DNA of 64,000 nt from Balamuthia mandrillaris. Taxonomy: Eukaryota. Shown here one piece after another: positions 1-11,300 of the stretch. Below the pieces are notes generated by a model. It searched no databases and was not told the origin of the DNA. It was given only the letters and a program-made list of their open reading frames with translations. Made by a program: the position numbers and the translations under genes. The DNA lies in assembly GCA_031835245.2 (NCBI GenBank), contig JAVKOQ020000083.1:1-64000 (forward strand), in the 5' to 3' direction. Each line of letters opens with the position of its first letter. The stretch's first letter is position 1.

Positions 1-2593
1 AAATAAGAGGGTATCTTATTTATAAAGCTTTTTACACTATTGTATTTTGAAATTGAGAAAGTTTGGCCTTAGAATTTCCTTCAACTTGCAGTTTTTCTTT
101 TAAAAAAAGAGTGATTGTTGAATCTAACCTTTAGAATAAAAGAGTCAGTGAAAAGACAAGAAGTGTATTCAAGTGAATAAAGAAAGGACAATGAAAGTGA
201 ATCTCTGACGTTGCTTCAAAGTACAAGAAAGGATGGAGGATACAAAAAAAAAGGAGAGCTGAGGGTCTGGGATAAATCCAACATGAGGAGTCTTGAGATA
301 AGTGTTCGTGATTATATACTAACATGATTTTTAGTATGTTTTCAATGTGGAGCATGGACTTAACACATTCTTTAGGCAGCAAAGCTCAGGTCAATTAGTA
401 ATATTGGCAACTGTCAACACAGTCAACACTTTTTTTATTTTTTTTCTCACTTCTTTTCTATTGACAATCTTATGTTGGAACTTCAGAACAAAGAAACTAA
501 AAAACCACTCTTCATTTTAGTCTCTTTCCTTCCTTGGTTTGCTTCTCAACTATAAATTCTCTCCCTTAACAACAAAGCAAAGAACATACACAAATGTACT
601 TGTTTCTTTCCCTTTCTAACAAAATACATTTAACTTCAATCCTCTTTTTGTTTCTTTCTTAATTTTTTCTTAGGTTTAACAATAACTTTCTATCAATTTT
701 ACTGCCAATTGAGGAAATTTTAATGGAAATAATACATGTTTCCAATGAGACCTATAATCATAAGGACTGAACCATTAAACTATTTTTCAACAGCACACAC
801 TCACAGAAGAATCACACTTCTTCCTTTGTTATTGTTGCAGCAAGGCAATGTCAAAGTTTGAAGAATTCATGGTGAAGTAACTGTGTCAAAGGATTCAAGG
901 GCTTGATGGATGATATGCTACCAAGAACACCAAAGTAGTCGTCCTGGGCAGCACTAGCTGCTTCATATGGCACTACATCTTCCCTGTTGCTCATTTTTTT
1001 TGACTGCCTGGTATTGACTGCATTACAGCACCTTCCTTTCACCCTTTTTTCCTTTTTCTCTCCACTGTGTCATACAGTGTAGCTTCTTCCTCTTGCCTTT
1101 TGCCTGTCTGGCACTGGCTGTGTCATATGGCACAGCTCCTTACTTTTTGCTCTTTTATTCGTTTTTTTTGACTGGCTGACAATGGCTGCATAGTATGACA
1201 CAGTAGATTCTTCACAGAAGATTTGCATTGCCTGGACCTCATCATACAAAAACACTTCCTGCTTTTCTTGTTTTGCTTTATTTCATACCTTCAGTAGTTC
1301 TGCCATCTCTGGACCTGCTTTGCTGGAAAGAACTCTGTGTCAAGATCCAAGTGCCCTGCCATGCCTTCTTGCTCTCCTCTCTATCTCAAGATATATCTCA
1401 GGGCTGTCTTCAGAGGACTGTGGCAGGGATATGTAGAGCAGAATTGGACTAATTGACCATCAAGGCCTACTGTGAGCTAGAAAGGCAAGCAGTAATTCGT
1501 CATGCTGAGAGGCAAGATGGCCACTTTGAGCTAATTGAAGCAATAAGCCAAGCAAGAGAAGAGGAAGGTGAGAAGAAAGAAGGTGTAAGGGAAGTGAAAA
1601 GACAAGTGATGTTGATGTCATCATGCTGCACGATCTTGGTCTGATCAATAGGAGAATGTCAACCAGCCAATCTGTTGGAAAACTCCAACATAATAGCCCC
1701 TCTTCTCTTCCTGTCGACCTCTCCCTCATGCCTGTCGACCTGAGGAAACCTCTCGGTGTCCAACTTCTCCTTTCTTGAACTTCTCCTTTCTTGTTGTTTT
1801 CTCTCTCTGCCCTTTTATGCTGATATTCTCTGTTCTTCTTTTTTGGATAATTGTTCTAGCTTAAATACTGCCTCTCCTTGCTTCTTCTTCTTTTTCCTCT
1901 CAGGACAACTTACAACAAAACACAAGATACTTTACTATCACTTGTACTCTTCACTTTTAGTAAATTAAGTTCGGGTCTTGTTATTGTAAAGTATTGTGTT
2001 ACCCAACGAGGAGGGAAAACAGGGAAAAAGGAGAGAATTTCAGAATTAAAAAGAGAAATTGTACACATGAAGCAGGTTTTTCTAATAAGAGCAAACCAAG
2101 AACCACCTTAATCTTTTCTCTCCTTTGTGAGTGTCCCGAGAGAGAGAGGGACTGGCACAAACCAAGACTGGGTTATGACATTGAAAAGAAAGCCTAGAGG
2201 ATGAGGGCCTAAACCTGAGTAGCCAAGGCGGAGTATATAGCTGAAGGAGAAAAAGGAACAAAAGCATGACTATAGTATAACTTTTTGACCAATGGAAGAT
2301 GTTTGGTTGAACACAACAGAGCTTAGTGATTACCAACCCAAGGAAAGAACAAATGAATAATGAATGCTATTTGTTGTAGTGGACTGCCCATTGGAAAAAA
2401 GTGGAGAGCCATTCAGCAATCTGAAGAGGACAGTATGTGCCCTGTATACAATGCTGAGGAAGAAACAATCTGTGGGAAGATCACTTTAGAATCTGGAGTG
2501 TTGACAATCAAGAGGAAAAACCAGTCAGAAAGATGATCATAAAAAACTGTGCAACAAAGCTGCTGTCAAGTGAAATGCAATAGAGCTCAAAAG

Positions 2594-2834
2594 TGTTGGG
2601 GTATGTTGACATGACATGTCAGATGATTGAAATGACAGATTCACCTACCTCTCTATTGGTAGAACAGACAGACATCAAACTTGTCTTTCATCTAGTCATC
2701 TGTTCCAGGTTCCTTCTAACCTGTCTTACCTCCACTATTTATACCAACACTCTTGATACTCTTTTATAAATAGATACACATTACTTACTTATACATTCAA
2801 ACCTTAATTCACTGATTACATCCACCATGCAACA
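2594..2834 (+). repeat. Probable 5' LTR of the copia element
   Basis: Starts with TGTTG (2594, or 2604) and ends with CAACA (2830-2834). Internal TATAAATA near 2765. Directly followed by a PBS-like sequence. No second copy in the window. Confidence 0.7.
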
Positions 2835-2844
2835 GGTTATGGGC
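2835..2844 (+). promoter_or_regulatory. Primer-binding site, half-tRNA-iMet type (GGTTATGGGC)
   Basis: GGTTATGGGC immediately follows the LTR-terminal CA and matches the start of the Drosophila copia-type PBS GGTTATGGGCCCAG. Confidence 0.7.
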
Positions 2845-5427
2845 TTACAGGTCCTATAATCTCTTGCCAAAGTGTGGCTATGACAGGAAGTGGAGAAAGA
2901 GCAAACCTTGCTATGATGGAAGATGAGTCAACTTCACCTGATCAGGGGTGGATGAACGAATATCTTTTGAAGTTCGAGCTGCTGCTGACACAGTATAGAA
3001 GCGTAGATAGAGTTCTCTCTAAAAAGGAAGCCATTGAAATGGTGCCCAACAATCTTCTGACCTCTTGGCTGAGTTTTGTTATGATAATAGACAATCTCCT
3101 GTCACAAGAGAAAACCTGGGAAGAATTCAAGAAGAAAGAGTCAGAGATAAAAAGTCAGCCAACTGATTGGCATTATCAGCGCAAGAAAAACGTTGGAAAT
3201 GGAAGCCAAAGAAGGAAGAAGAGGAGAGAAAGAAGAAGTGTTGTTGGAAGTGTGGAAAAGCGGGACACCTTCAACAAGATTGCCCAAAAGCAACAAAGAA
3301 GAAAGGCAAGAAAGACAAAAAGAAGTCATCTGACAATGATGACTTGCTAGACCTAGTTGCTACCACTTTTGAGTAAAGAAGCAAAAGGTTGAGGTGGATT
3401 CTTGACACCAGAGCATCACAGTATATGACATACAGTTGTTGTCTTTGCTTAGAGTGGTGAGAGGACTGTTCATCCTTACTGCAGATGGCAGCTGTGAAGG
3501 GCATAGGCAATGTTTACATCAACATGACTGTGAACAGCAAAACGAAGAAGACAGTGTTCCTGAGATACCCTTTACATCCCAGAGCTATGCAGAAATCTGG
3601 TGTCTGGCAAAGTGTTGACAGAGAGGGTGCATAATGGAGTTTGAAGGAACTGAAGTCAATATTCATCAAGCAGAGGAAATCATTGGAGTGGCTCAGTTGG
3701 AACGCAGAGTATATGTCCTGCAGTGTGAGACTTCTTGTCTATCCGAGGAAGGAGCATTTATTGTGGTTAAGAAGAAGCAGGCTGTCAAGCATCGGCATCA
3801 ATGTTTAGGCCATTTTGCGAGGAAGACAGTCCATGAACTTCCGAAAATTGTTGACCATATGGAAGAGATCATAGAAAGTGGTATAAAAGGGCTATATGAA
3901 GGCTGCATGAAAAGGAAGATGAGCTGTAAGCCTTTATCCTCAGCACTTTTCAAAGATCTTTGTCATGGTAAACTTGGGCTGGTGCACTCCAATGTTTGTA
4001 GCATTCACATTCCCTCCTACTTGAACAAACATTACTTATGTATGTTTGTGGATAACAAAACGCTAAAAGTCTGGGTTTCTTTACTAAAGACTAAAGACGA
4101 ACTTGGAGAAGCATTACTAGAATGAATGGAAGAAACCAAATCCAAAGTGGGAAACAAAGTCAAGCGACTTTACACTGATGCAGGAGGGGAATACATCAAC
4201 ACCAGGGTAGTGAAAAGCCTTCAAAAGAGAGGAGCATCATTGGAATGATCAATTCCATACACTCCAGAGCAGAATAGAGTGGCTGAGCACATGAACAGGA
4301 CACTCATGGACAGAGTCAGGTGCATGCTGCATCACTCTGGAGCCTTATCAAAGTTGTGGGGTGAAGCATTAATGCTGGCTATGAGGATAATTTGTTACCC
4401 ACAAGGGCCATATGAAACAAGTCTAATAACAGAGAAAGAAAGTTGAAATTATTAATAAATATTGTTCAATTCCTCTTTCATCATTTTGTAAAAGAATAAA
4501 TTTCAGAAATAATATTATTTTTTATTTAAGAAAATCATCCTATTATCACTTTCTTTTTTATTTTACTTTTTCATTTTTCTCTTTATTGTGATGCTTAATA
4601 AGCATGCTTGGATAAGGCTGACTTAATAGTAGAAAATTTGGAAAAAGAGGAAAAGAAGATGATTTAAAATGTTGTTAAAAGGCCAATCTATGTTGAATAT
4701 TATTGTCTTCTAACAGGTTTACTATTAAAGCATTAAGGTGTTGAATTGTGCTTTCTTTTTCACTGACTAGAATAAATGGAAAGAAAAAGCAAGATATTGA
4801 CACTTTTGTGCTAAACAAGCGAAGGCTATACACTCAGTAAAGAGATGCAGATCAATGATGCTGTCCTCTTCTTTTGTGTAAAGAAGCTGTGATTAGGCTG
4901 GTGAGAAAACAATCCAACAGATACCAACTCATTGTGTGCAGGGAAAAGACCTTTGATAGAATAAAAGAAAGAAATATATATACAAGGAGAGATAGGGATA
5001 GGTATTATGGGAAAGTGGTATAACAAGACAAAGAAGCAAGTCATAAATGAAGGCAGGTTTGTTGGTTTTTCTCAAATTTACACTATGTACTAGAAGGAAT
5101 TAACAGATTCTGGTAACTCGTCAGGCTGATAATGAAAGTATTAAGAGATATTGTTGACTTGAATACAGTAGCACAAACTGTGTTATGAACTGGTTGTTTT
5201 TTCCTCTATTGCTGCTTTTCACCTTGGGACAAATAGTGAATATATAGATATTATTTAACTCAGAATGAGGATCACAGGCCGCAAAGTGCAAGTTGAGATT
5301 CAATAACTTATTTCCCATTATAATTACAATGAACAGGTCAGCTTTGTTCAAATTAATAACACAGTATGTTGAAAAGGGAGCAAAAAGAAACATAAGAAAA
5401 CTAAAGAAAAGAGAAGAAATGTTTCAT

Positions 5428-5850
5428 TCAATTCCAAGCAATAGTGAAATCTATATCATTGACAGCTGTGATAAGAAGTGAAGAATAAGAAGACATTGGA
5501 TCTAGACTAATATAATACGGTTCACTCCAACTGCCACAACGGCCAACCTCTTGCTCATAAAAATGACCAGGAATTATGTTATCAGGAGCTCCACAATACA
5601 CTATGGCTAAAGTCTTTAAAGCCAAGGGAATCTTGGCTTGGCTTCCTCTTTCACATGGCACACATGTTATGTAGGCCAATGTGTTTGGAGAGTCATTAGA
5701 CACGCAGCAATATGAAGGCGAGTAATGGTTAACAGTTTTTGGAACTTTGGCCGTTAAAATTTCACCTTCAGAGCCTTAAAATAAATTAGGAAATGGCCAT
5801 AAAGAGAGAGAGAGAGAGAGGAGGAGGAGGAGGAGGAGGAGGGGGAGGAG

Positions 5851-5898
<48 letters not shown>

Positions 5899-6312
5899 AG
5901 CAGTACCTGATGGGATAAAAACGTAATTTGAGGAAAGCTCCCACTCCGTCCGGTTAGTAGTACTGCTGAAGGCACTTTTTCGTCGAACTTCTCCAGGTTG
6001 GATTGGCCCTGTGTGCTCCCACAATACGTCCTCAAAGCTGAGCAACCATTGGTTTTTGCTGAGCCGGAAAGCGATACGCAGGTTCGGAGGTAGCACAGGG
6101 ATGGCATACAAGACCGTGTTCTGCAGAGGAGCATAGGGGCTACCACTACCAGCTTCGTCCACAAACAACAGGAACCCGCTGTAATATGGGGAGTTGTTGG
6201 TATTGATTACCGACACAGTCAAATAGTCAGCTTCTTGCCTCTCCGCCACCGCATCTCCGAAAAGCAAGAAACCAAGCAGGACCGAGCATGCTAGCAGCCA
6301 AAGGTTGGCCAT
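5428..6312 (-). CDS. Predicted secreted/surface protein of unknown function (at least 2 exons; 3' end uncertain, possibly decaying)
   Basis: Signal-peptide-like N-terminus MANLWLLACSVLLGFLLFGDAVA. A GT-AG intron with a (CT)n tract (about 5775-5906) joins in frame to a Cys-containing exon ending at TGA 5428. Confidence 0.6.
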
Positions 6313-6509
6313 GTTTCTTGTGCACAGGAAGAGTTAACTAAAGGTCTACGGCAAATTCGAAAAAGAAAGACACATTCCAAAAGTAATGTATTATGATACA
6401 GCAATGAGGAAAAGAAAGTAATTCTTTTTGTTCTGCTTTTTCTTTTTCCTGTTATGCTTTCTCCGGGCTTGCCGTCAAACAACACCGTCTTGCACGCCCT
6501 GCCGCAATC

Positions 6510-7948
6510 ATGAGGTCACCGTCCCCATGGCTGGTTGCCACAATACTTTTGCTGTTCTTGGGGGACACCATTCATAGTGCTCATGCCATCCAGGTGGACT
6601 CTGCTACTCCGCTCTTCCGTTTTGTCAACCACCTCAACCAGCTGGTGTGGGAGGTGGTCTTTCAAAGAGTGGACAACGTGGACTATGATTACGTGCGCGC
6701 TTGGTTGGTGAGTTCCGTGGGAGCCCAAGGAGGCAGCCTCACCATTCCGCAGGTGCTTGGGACGGGCCTCAATGTAACTGCCCAACATGACGCTACAACT
6801 AACTGCCTACACCAACCGCCCGGCTCAAAACAACGGTGGAGCGTTTGTGGTACGCGTGGAAGACTGGCGTGGATTCTCGCTGTATTCCAACTCCAGTAAG
6901 TTACTGCCTGCCACTCCTCTTGCTCCTTATTCGGCTTTTGTTTTCCGTCCAGCACTGACCATCCACGTATTTGTTACCACTGCTATCTCATTTTTGGCTT
7001 CTAGCATCTGGGAAAACACTTCTGTTGAATGTGTTGGACAATCCGAAGAAATGGGACATTAAGTTCCTTCTGAGCAAGGCCGACAGCACCGTCGTCCCTA
7101 CAGCCATCACTAGTTGGGCAGGCGACCGTAATCCTAGTGTTCGTATTGCAAGTGATCTCTCACTACGGACGCACAGAAGAAGCTAACCTTCTCTCTTTCT
7201 TTCTCTGTGCGGTAGGATATGCTCAACATCTCGCTGCCTTATGACATCTTTTTTGTGGCGGTGTACTTGACAGAGAGCCAAGTCCCAAAGCAGGGCGACA
7301 ACATACCCTTCTCATCGCTTGACCTGCGCTTCGTCAGGGATGTGTACACCAATGCAGGCCAGGAGCCTGCGGTGGACCTTGTGTACTACAAAGATAGTTG
7401 GTACCTGAATGTGAGCAACAGTTATTGCGCCCAGCAGCAAGAGTGCAAAGCTTGCCTTAAGGAAGGCAACACTCCGCTACAAGACAGGCTTAAGAGGTTT
7501 TTTCGCTCATCGCTTTGGTCTCATCCAGCTTCACTACGCGGTACGGGATCTCTTTGCCTACCTAGCATCAACAAACCAACAATTCTTCCGCGTTCTTCTT
7601 CACCCTAGGTTTTGTTTACCGTTGTCAGCATTGCCTTTGTGGGCTATCATAGCTTTGCTCGCACTTCAATGCGGCTATCTCTTCTTCGTTTGCCTGGTAA
7701 TGCCCTGCGCAACTTATGCAAGCTTTTTGGTGGAGGTGTTGCAATCGTTGACGCTAATCACGGAGATGGCCTTAGTGTTTTTTTTCATTGGCAACCCGCA
7801 GTTTCCCCTTTTGCTGGTGGTATCGCTGCTTCCCCTAGTTATGATGCTGGTTTGTTTGGTGTTGGTGCCCTTGATCGCTTCCTTCATTCGCTTAAAGCAG
7901 GAAGACGAAGGACTCTACCTCCCGATCAACGACCCTCCCTCCAGCTAA
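6510..7948 (+). CDS. Predicted membrane glycoprotein (signal peptide, extracellular region, about 3 C-terminal TM helices) with two apparent frameshifts
   Basis: Signal peptide MRSPSPWLVATILLLFLGDTIHSAHA, NxT sequons and a hydrophobic C-terminal ORF (7622-7948). A continuous frame needs 1-nt corrections at 6781-6783 and 7498-7503. Confidence 0.55.
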
Positions 7949-8351
7949 GAATAGCTGCATCCAGTTCTTGCCTAGTACTTGGCAAACACCGCAGCAACAG
8001 CCACCACCACCACCACAAACAATACCACACCTGGAACGATGATCTTCCCATGGGAAAACACTTGAAATAATATTTCAAAACAAAAACCCAAAAGTACATC
8101 GGCAGTTAGAGCGGCAGGTCAAAACACAAAAGGGGTTGGGGGGGGTCTGCACCCAACCCCTGACGGGCCAACCGCTGGGGTTGTTGGTTGTTGGCATTAA
8201 AGTCGGCTGCTCTGTGGAATTCGTGTCGAATTAACATGTGTCGACACGAGATTAGCCACCACTCACCTGAGAGGGAGCACCCATCAGGACTGCCCGCGAT
8301 CTTGGTGCTGCTGGTCTTGAACAAGACCGCCACACCACAGCAAGCAGCACC

Positions 8352-11300
8352 ATGAGCGGGCATCCTCCTTCTGCTCTTGGGCCAGAAGCCGTTGCCCCCG
8401 AAACCGAGGTTGAGGCGTCGCTCACACCGCATTTGGTCTCAATCAACAGTTCCCTCGTCGAGCAATATTCTTTCACGCCCACCACCTCTGTATCTTCTTC
8501 TGCCTCTTCCTCCTCCTCCTCCTCCTCCTCCTCCTCCTCCTCCTCTACCTTCTCCACGAGCATTAGTAATGAAAGCTCAGTGAGCAACGCGGGAGGAAAC
8601 GCGGTTAGCAGCCAGGCAAGTGGAGGGATCCCCTTGTCTTTGCCTGGTGGTCACCTTTCACAACGTTCCCCAAGCAACGTACTAAAGAGACTACGGAGGT
8701 TAGTTTGGGAGGTCTCTGGTTTTTCTTCAGATCCGGTAGGAAGTGAGCAGTTTGCTGGCAGGGGTCACCGCAACTCTAGCGACGATCGACCGTGGATGCA
8801 AGCTTTTCAACCCCAAAGAACCAAACCCAAGACAGCAAGTTCTATATCGGATCCACCGAATACAAGATTGGAGGAAGGACCCTCTCACGAGTTCCTACTC
8901 AAGGAATCCCTGCGTAGAATCCACCACAGCAACCCCCTCCAAACCCGTCTCAAGTTCGTCAATGAACTCTGTGACTTCGTCCGCAGCTACACGTACGTGG
9001 CCAATACTCCTGTCTCCCTTTCTCCTCCATTCCTCCAACGCTTCCTCCCAATTCACCTTTTGTTTTTTACTGCTAGCATTGAGAATGTTATCACCTTGTG
9101 GTCTATGGTCAGAGATCTGGTGCTAGAGAACCATCCTCCTGAGGTCAGGGCCTTCGGCTTTCGCATCATGTGCGCCCTCATTGAAGGCCAGTACTACCGT
9201 TTAGGTTCCTTGAGAATCGGTTTGTATTAAACTGAGTGAACAAGAAGTGAGCAAAGGAGTGAGTGGAGATTCTCGTTGAATGGGAGAGGGAGGGAGGAGA
9301 AGAGAGAAAGAGAGGGAAACACTGGTTCGTACAACATTAACCGAACACCTCTCTTTCAGAGTTCTTCCGTATAATTCAAACGCACCCCGGTGACTTCGCG
9401 TTTACATTCCAGGCCTTACTACTCCTCACCAAGGTTGGGCAGGACATTCACCCTTTTCAGGTACTGTTGCAATATTCAAGCCGACCATAATAATTTGGTA
9501 ACACTTGTATTGTTCCGATGCTCACTTATGCTTTGCATAGAAATCGTTGGAGTTGTTGCTTCTCTCCTGGCTATCGGGAAGCGTTTCCCTGAAGCCAGAA
9601 CAAAAGGTGGATGTAATCAACTTTGCTAGCCAAGCTCACAAATATAACAGCCAACTTATTGAAGAAGACTTGAAAACGGAATTAATCAAACAAGTGTGCA
9701 AAACCTCCGACTCAACTGTACAGATCCAACTCGTGGAATCCTGCTTGCACTTTTTTGATGTGATTGTACGATACTCTAGCATCGTCATACCTTTAGTCGA
9801 TCCCAGTTATTTGCTCACTTTGTGCGCTATGAACAGGTCCGCTATGACAATATTCCGCCAGCAGCGCTAAGAGCGGTCGTATCGGCCCTCTGCCGCAGCC
9901 TTAACATAGAGAAGTGTTGTCAATCAAGCTGGTCTACGATGACCAATATTCTCAAGAGCCACAGCGGGCACCAAGGCATTCGGGCCCTCTGTCATATTTT
10001 GTCAGATCCGGCCAATAAATTTACAGTGAACTTACTGCGTGGGGCCGTCTTCTTCTTGTGTACGTTTCCTCTCATAACCTATCTTGTTCTCACTGACGAT
10101 CGATATTTTTTGCTTTAGGCATGGCCTGTTGGGGTAGCCATAAAATCGCTGCCCTTCATGTCTCTCCGACCATGATTCTCCCGCATATTCTCAACGTGCT
10201 TGATACCAACCATGACATTGTGGCATATGAAGTCGCTTTGTCCATTCGTCGTCTCGTCAGAAAGTAACTATGTTTTATATGCGTTCGTTCATTAGCTTAT
10301 GTTTGATTGTCGTCTAAAATAACTAATGATTGTTTAGATATGGTCCCACGATGCAAGGAGAGTGGGACTACGTTCTTCGGATCATTCAAAGGATGGATAA
10401 CTTTCTCTATGCACATGTTGCCAACGAACAGTATTCCTTCTTCCCTGTACTCCGCGACACTTTATCCACCATTGATGGTCGCTAGCATCAAGCAAAACTT
10501 TTTGTTTATTATTATTCTTACAAAGCTTTCTGTAGAACTTTATAGGAAAGGCAAATACTTGGGATCTGTGGAAAAGCTTCTTGATTTGCTTCAAGCAAAT
10601 TCCAAGTATCTGGATCTGAAGGTGGTTCTGCGTGTCATCGAGGAAAAGGTGGGACTCATTCAGCCTGCCAATGACGAATGGCTGAAGCAATTAGAGCAAA
10701 CCATAGCGGTGTTATTGATAAAGGAGAGCCGTGCAGAAATTCAACTAAAGGTAGGTCTTATTACTGAGAAATGAACCAGCGCTAACTAGTTTCGTTTTTA
10801 GGTTTTGGAAGTATTACGAGAGGCCTTTGATTCTTTTCGACTTGTGTACGGTGAGGAAATTATTCAGGTTGCGTTGCCTTTAGGTAATTTGCATACGTAT
10901 CTATCCGATGATCCGTCCAGTCCTATTCTTTGCTATGAACCCATAGTAGCCCATAAGTACCCTTTCCGTTATCACAAGTTTCTTCCCGAACGCACTCTTC
11001 TATCCTATACTTTTTGTTTGATTGTTTTACTTTAGAACTTTTATTTCAGTTTTAAAGTGTCATTTTATGGCGCATTAATCGTTGTTTTGTTTTGTTTGTT
11101 TGTTTTTTTTTTTTCGATGCAGGATTTTAGATGTGTTGACCCATATGGCCTGTTGTTTTCAAGGTACCCACCTCCACAACAGAAATGTGGTCAATTGTTG
11201 GGCGGCAGATGGAGATGTAAGCTACATTAAGAAACTAACATACTGTGGTACGCTTTTATTGCCTAGGAAATATGTTCTACAAGTTGATCGATGGGATTGA

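Larger units (their letters stand above)
2594..4413 (+). mobile_element. Degenerate, 3'-truncated Ty1/copia LTR retrotransposon (5' LTR, PBS, gag, protease, integrase; no RT, RNase H or 3' LTR seen)
   Basis: Gag-like ORF from 2874. CCHC knuckle CWKCGKAGHLQQDC. Protease motif WILDTRASQYMT (from 3395). GAG-pre-integrase HQCLGH. Integrase motifs LVHSNVC, RLYTDAGGEY, TPEQNRVAEHMNRTLMDRVRCML and LWGEAL. Protease-integrase order is copia-type. In-frame stops at 3374, 4123 and 4246, plus frameshifts. Confidence 0.95.

Noticed and set aside
1673..1741. TGTTGGA/TCCAACA mini-hairpin and duplicated CCTGTCGACCT
   Set aside because: Too short to assign. Probably TE debris or chance.
2219..2245. AKAEYIA resembling the copia RNase H motif EAEYIA
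   Set aside because: The motif is isolated and the flanks do not continue the RNase H consensus.
131..2340. Short ORFs at the left end
   Set aside because: No recognisable motifs or consistent exon chain. Likely decayed sequence in the CpG-poor domain.
10930..11060. Apparent 7-nt microexons in TSC2
   Set aside because: A continuous exon to about 10957 followed by one intron gives a simpler in-frame model.
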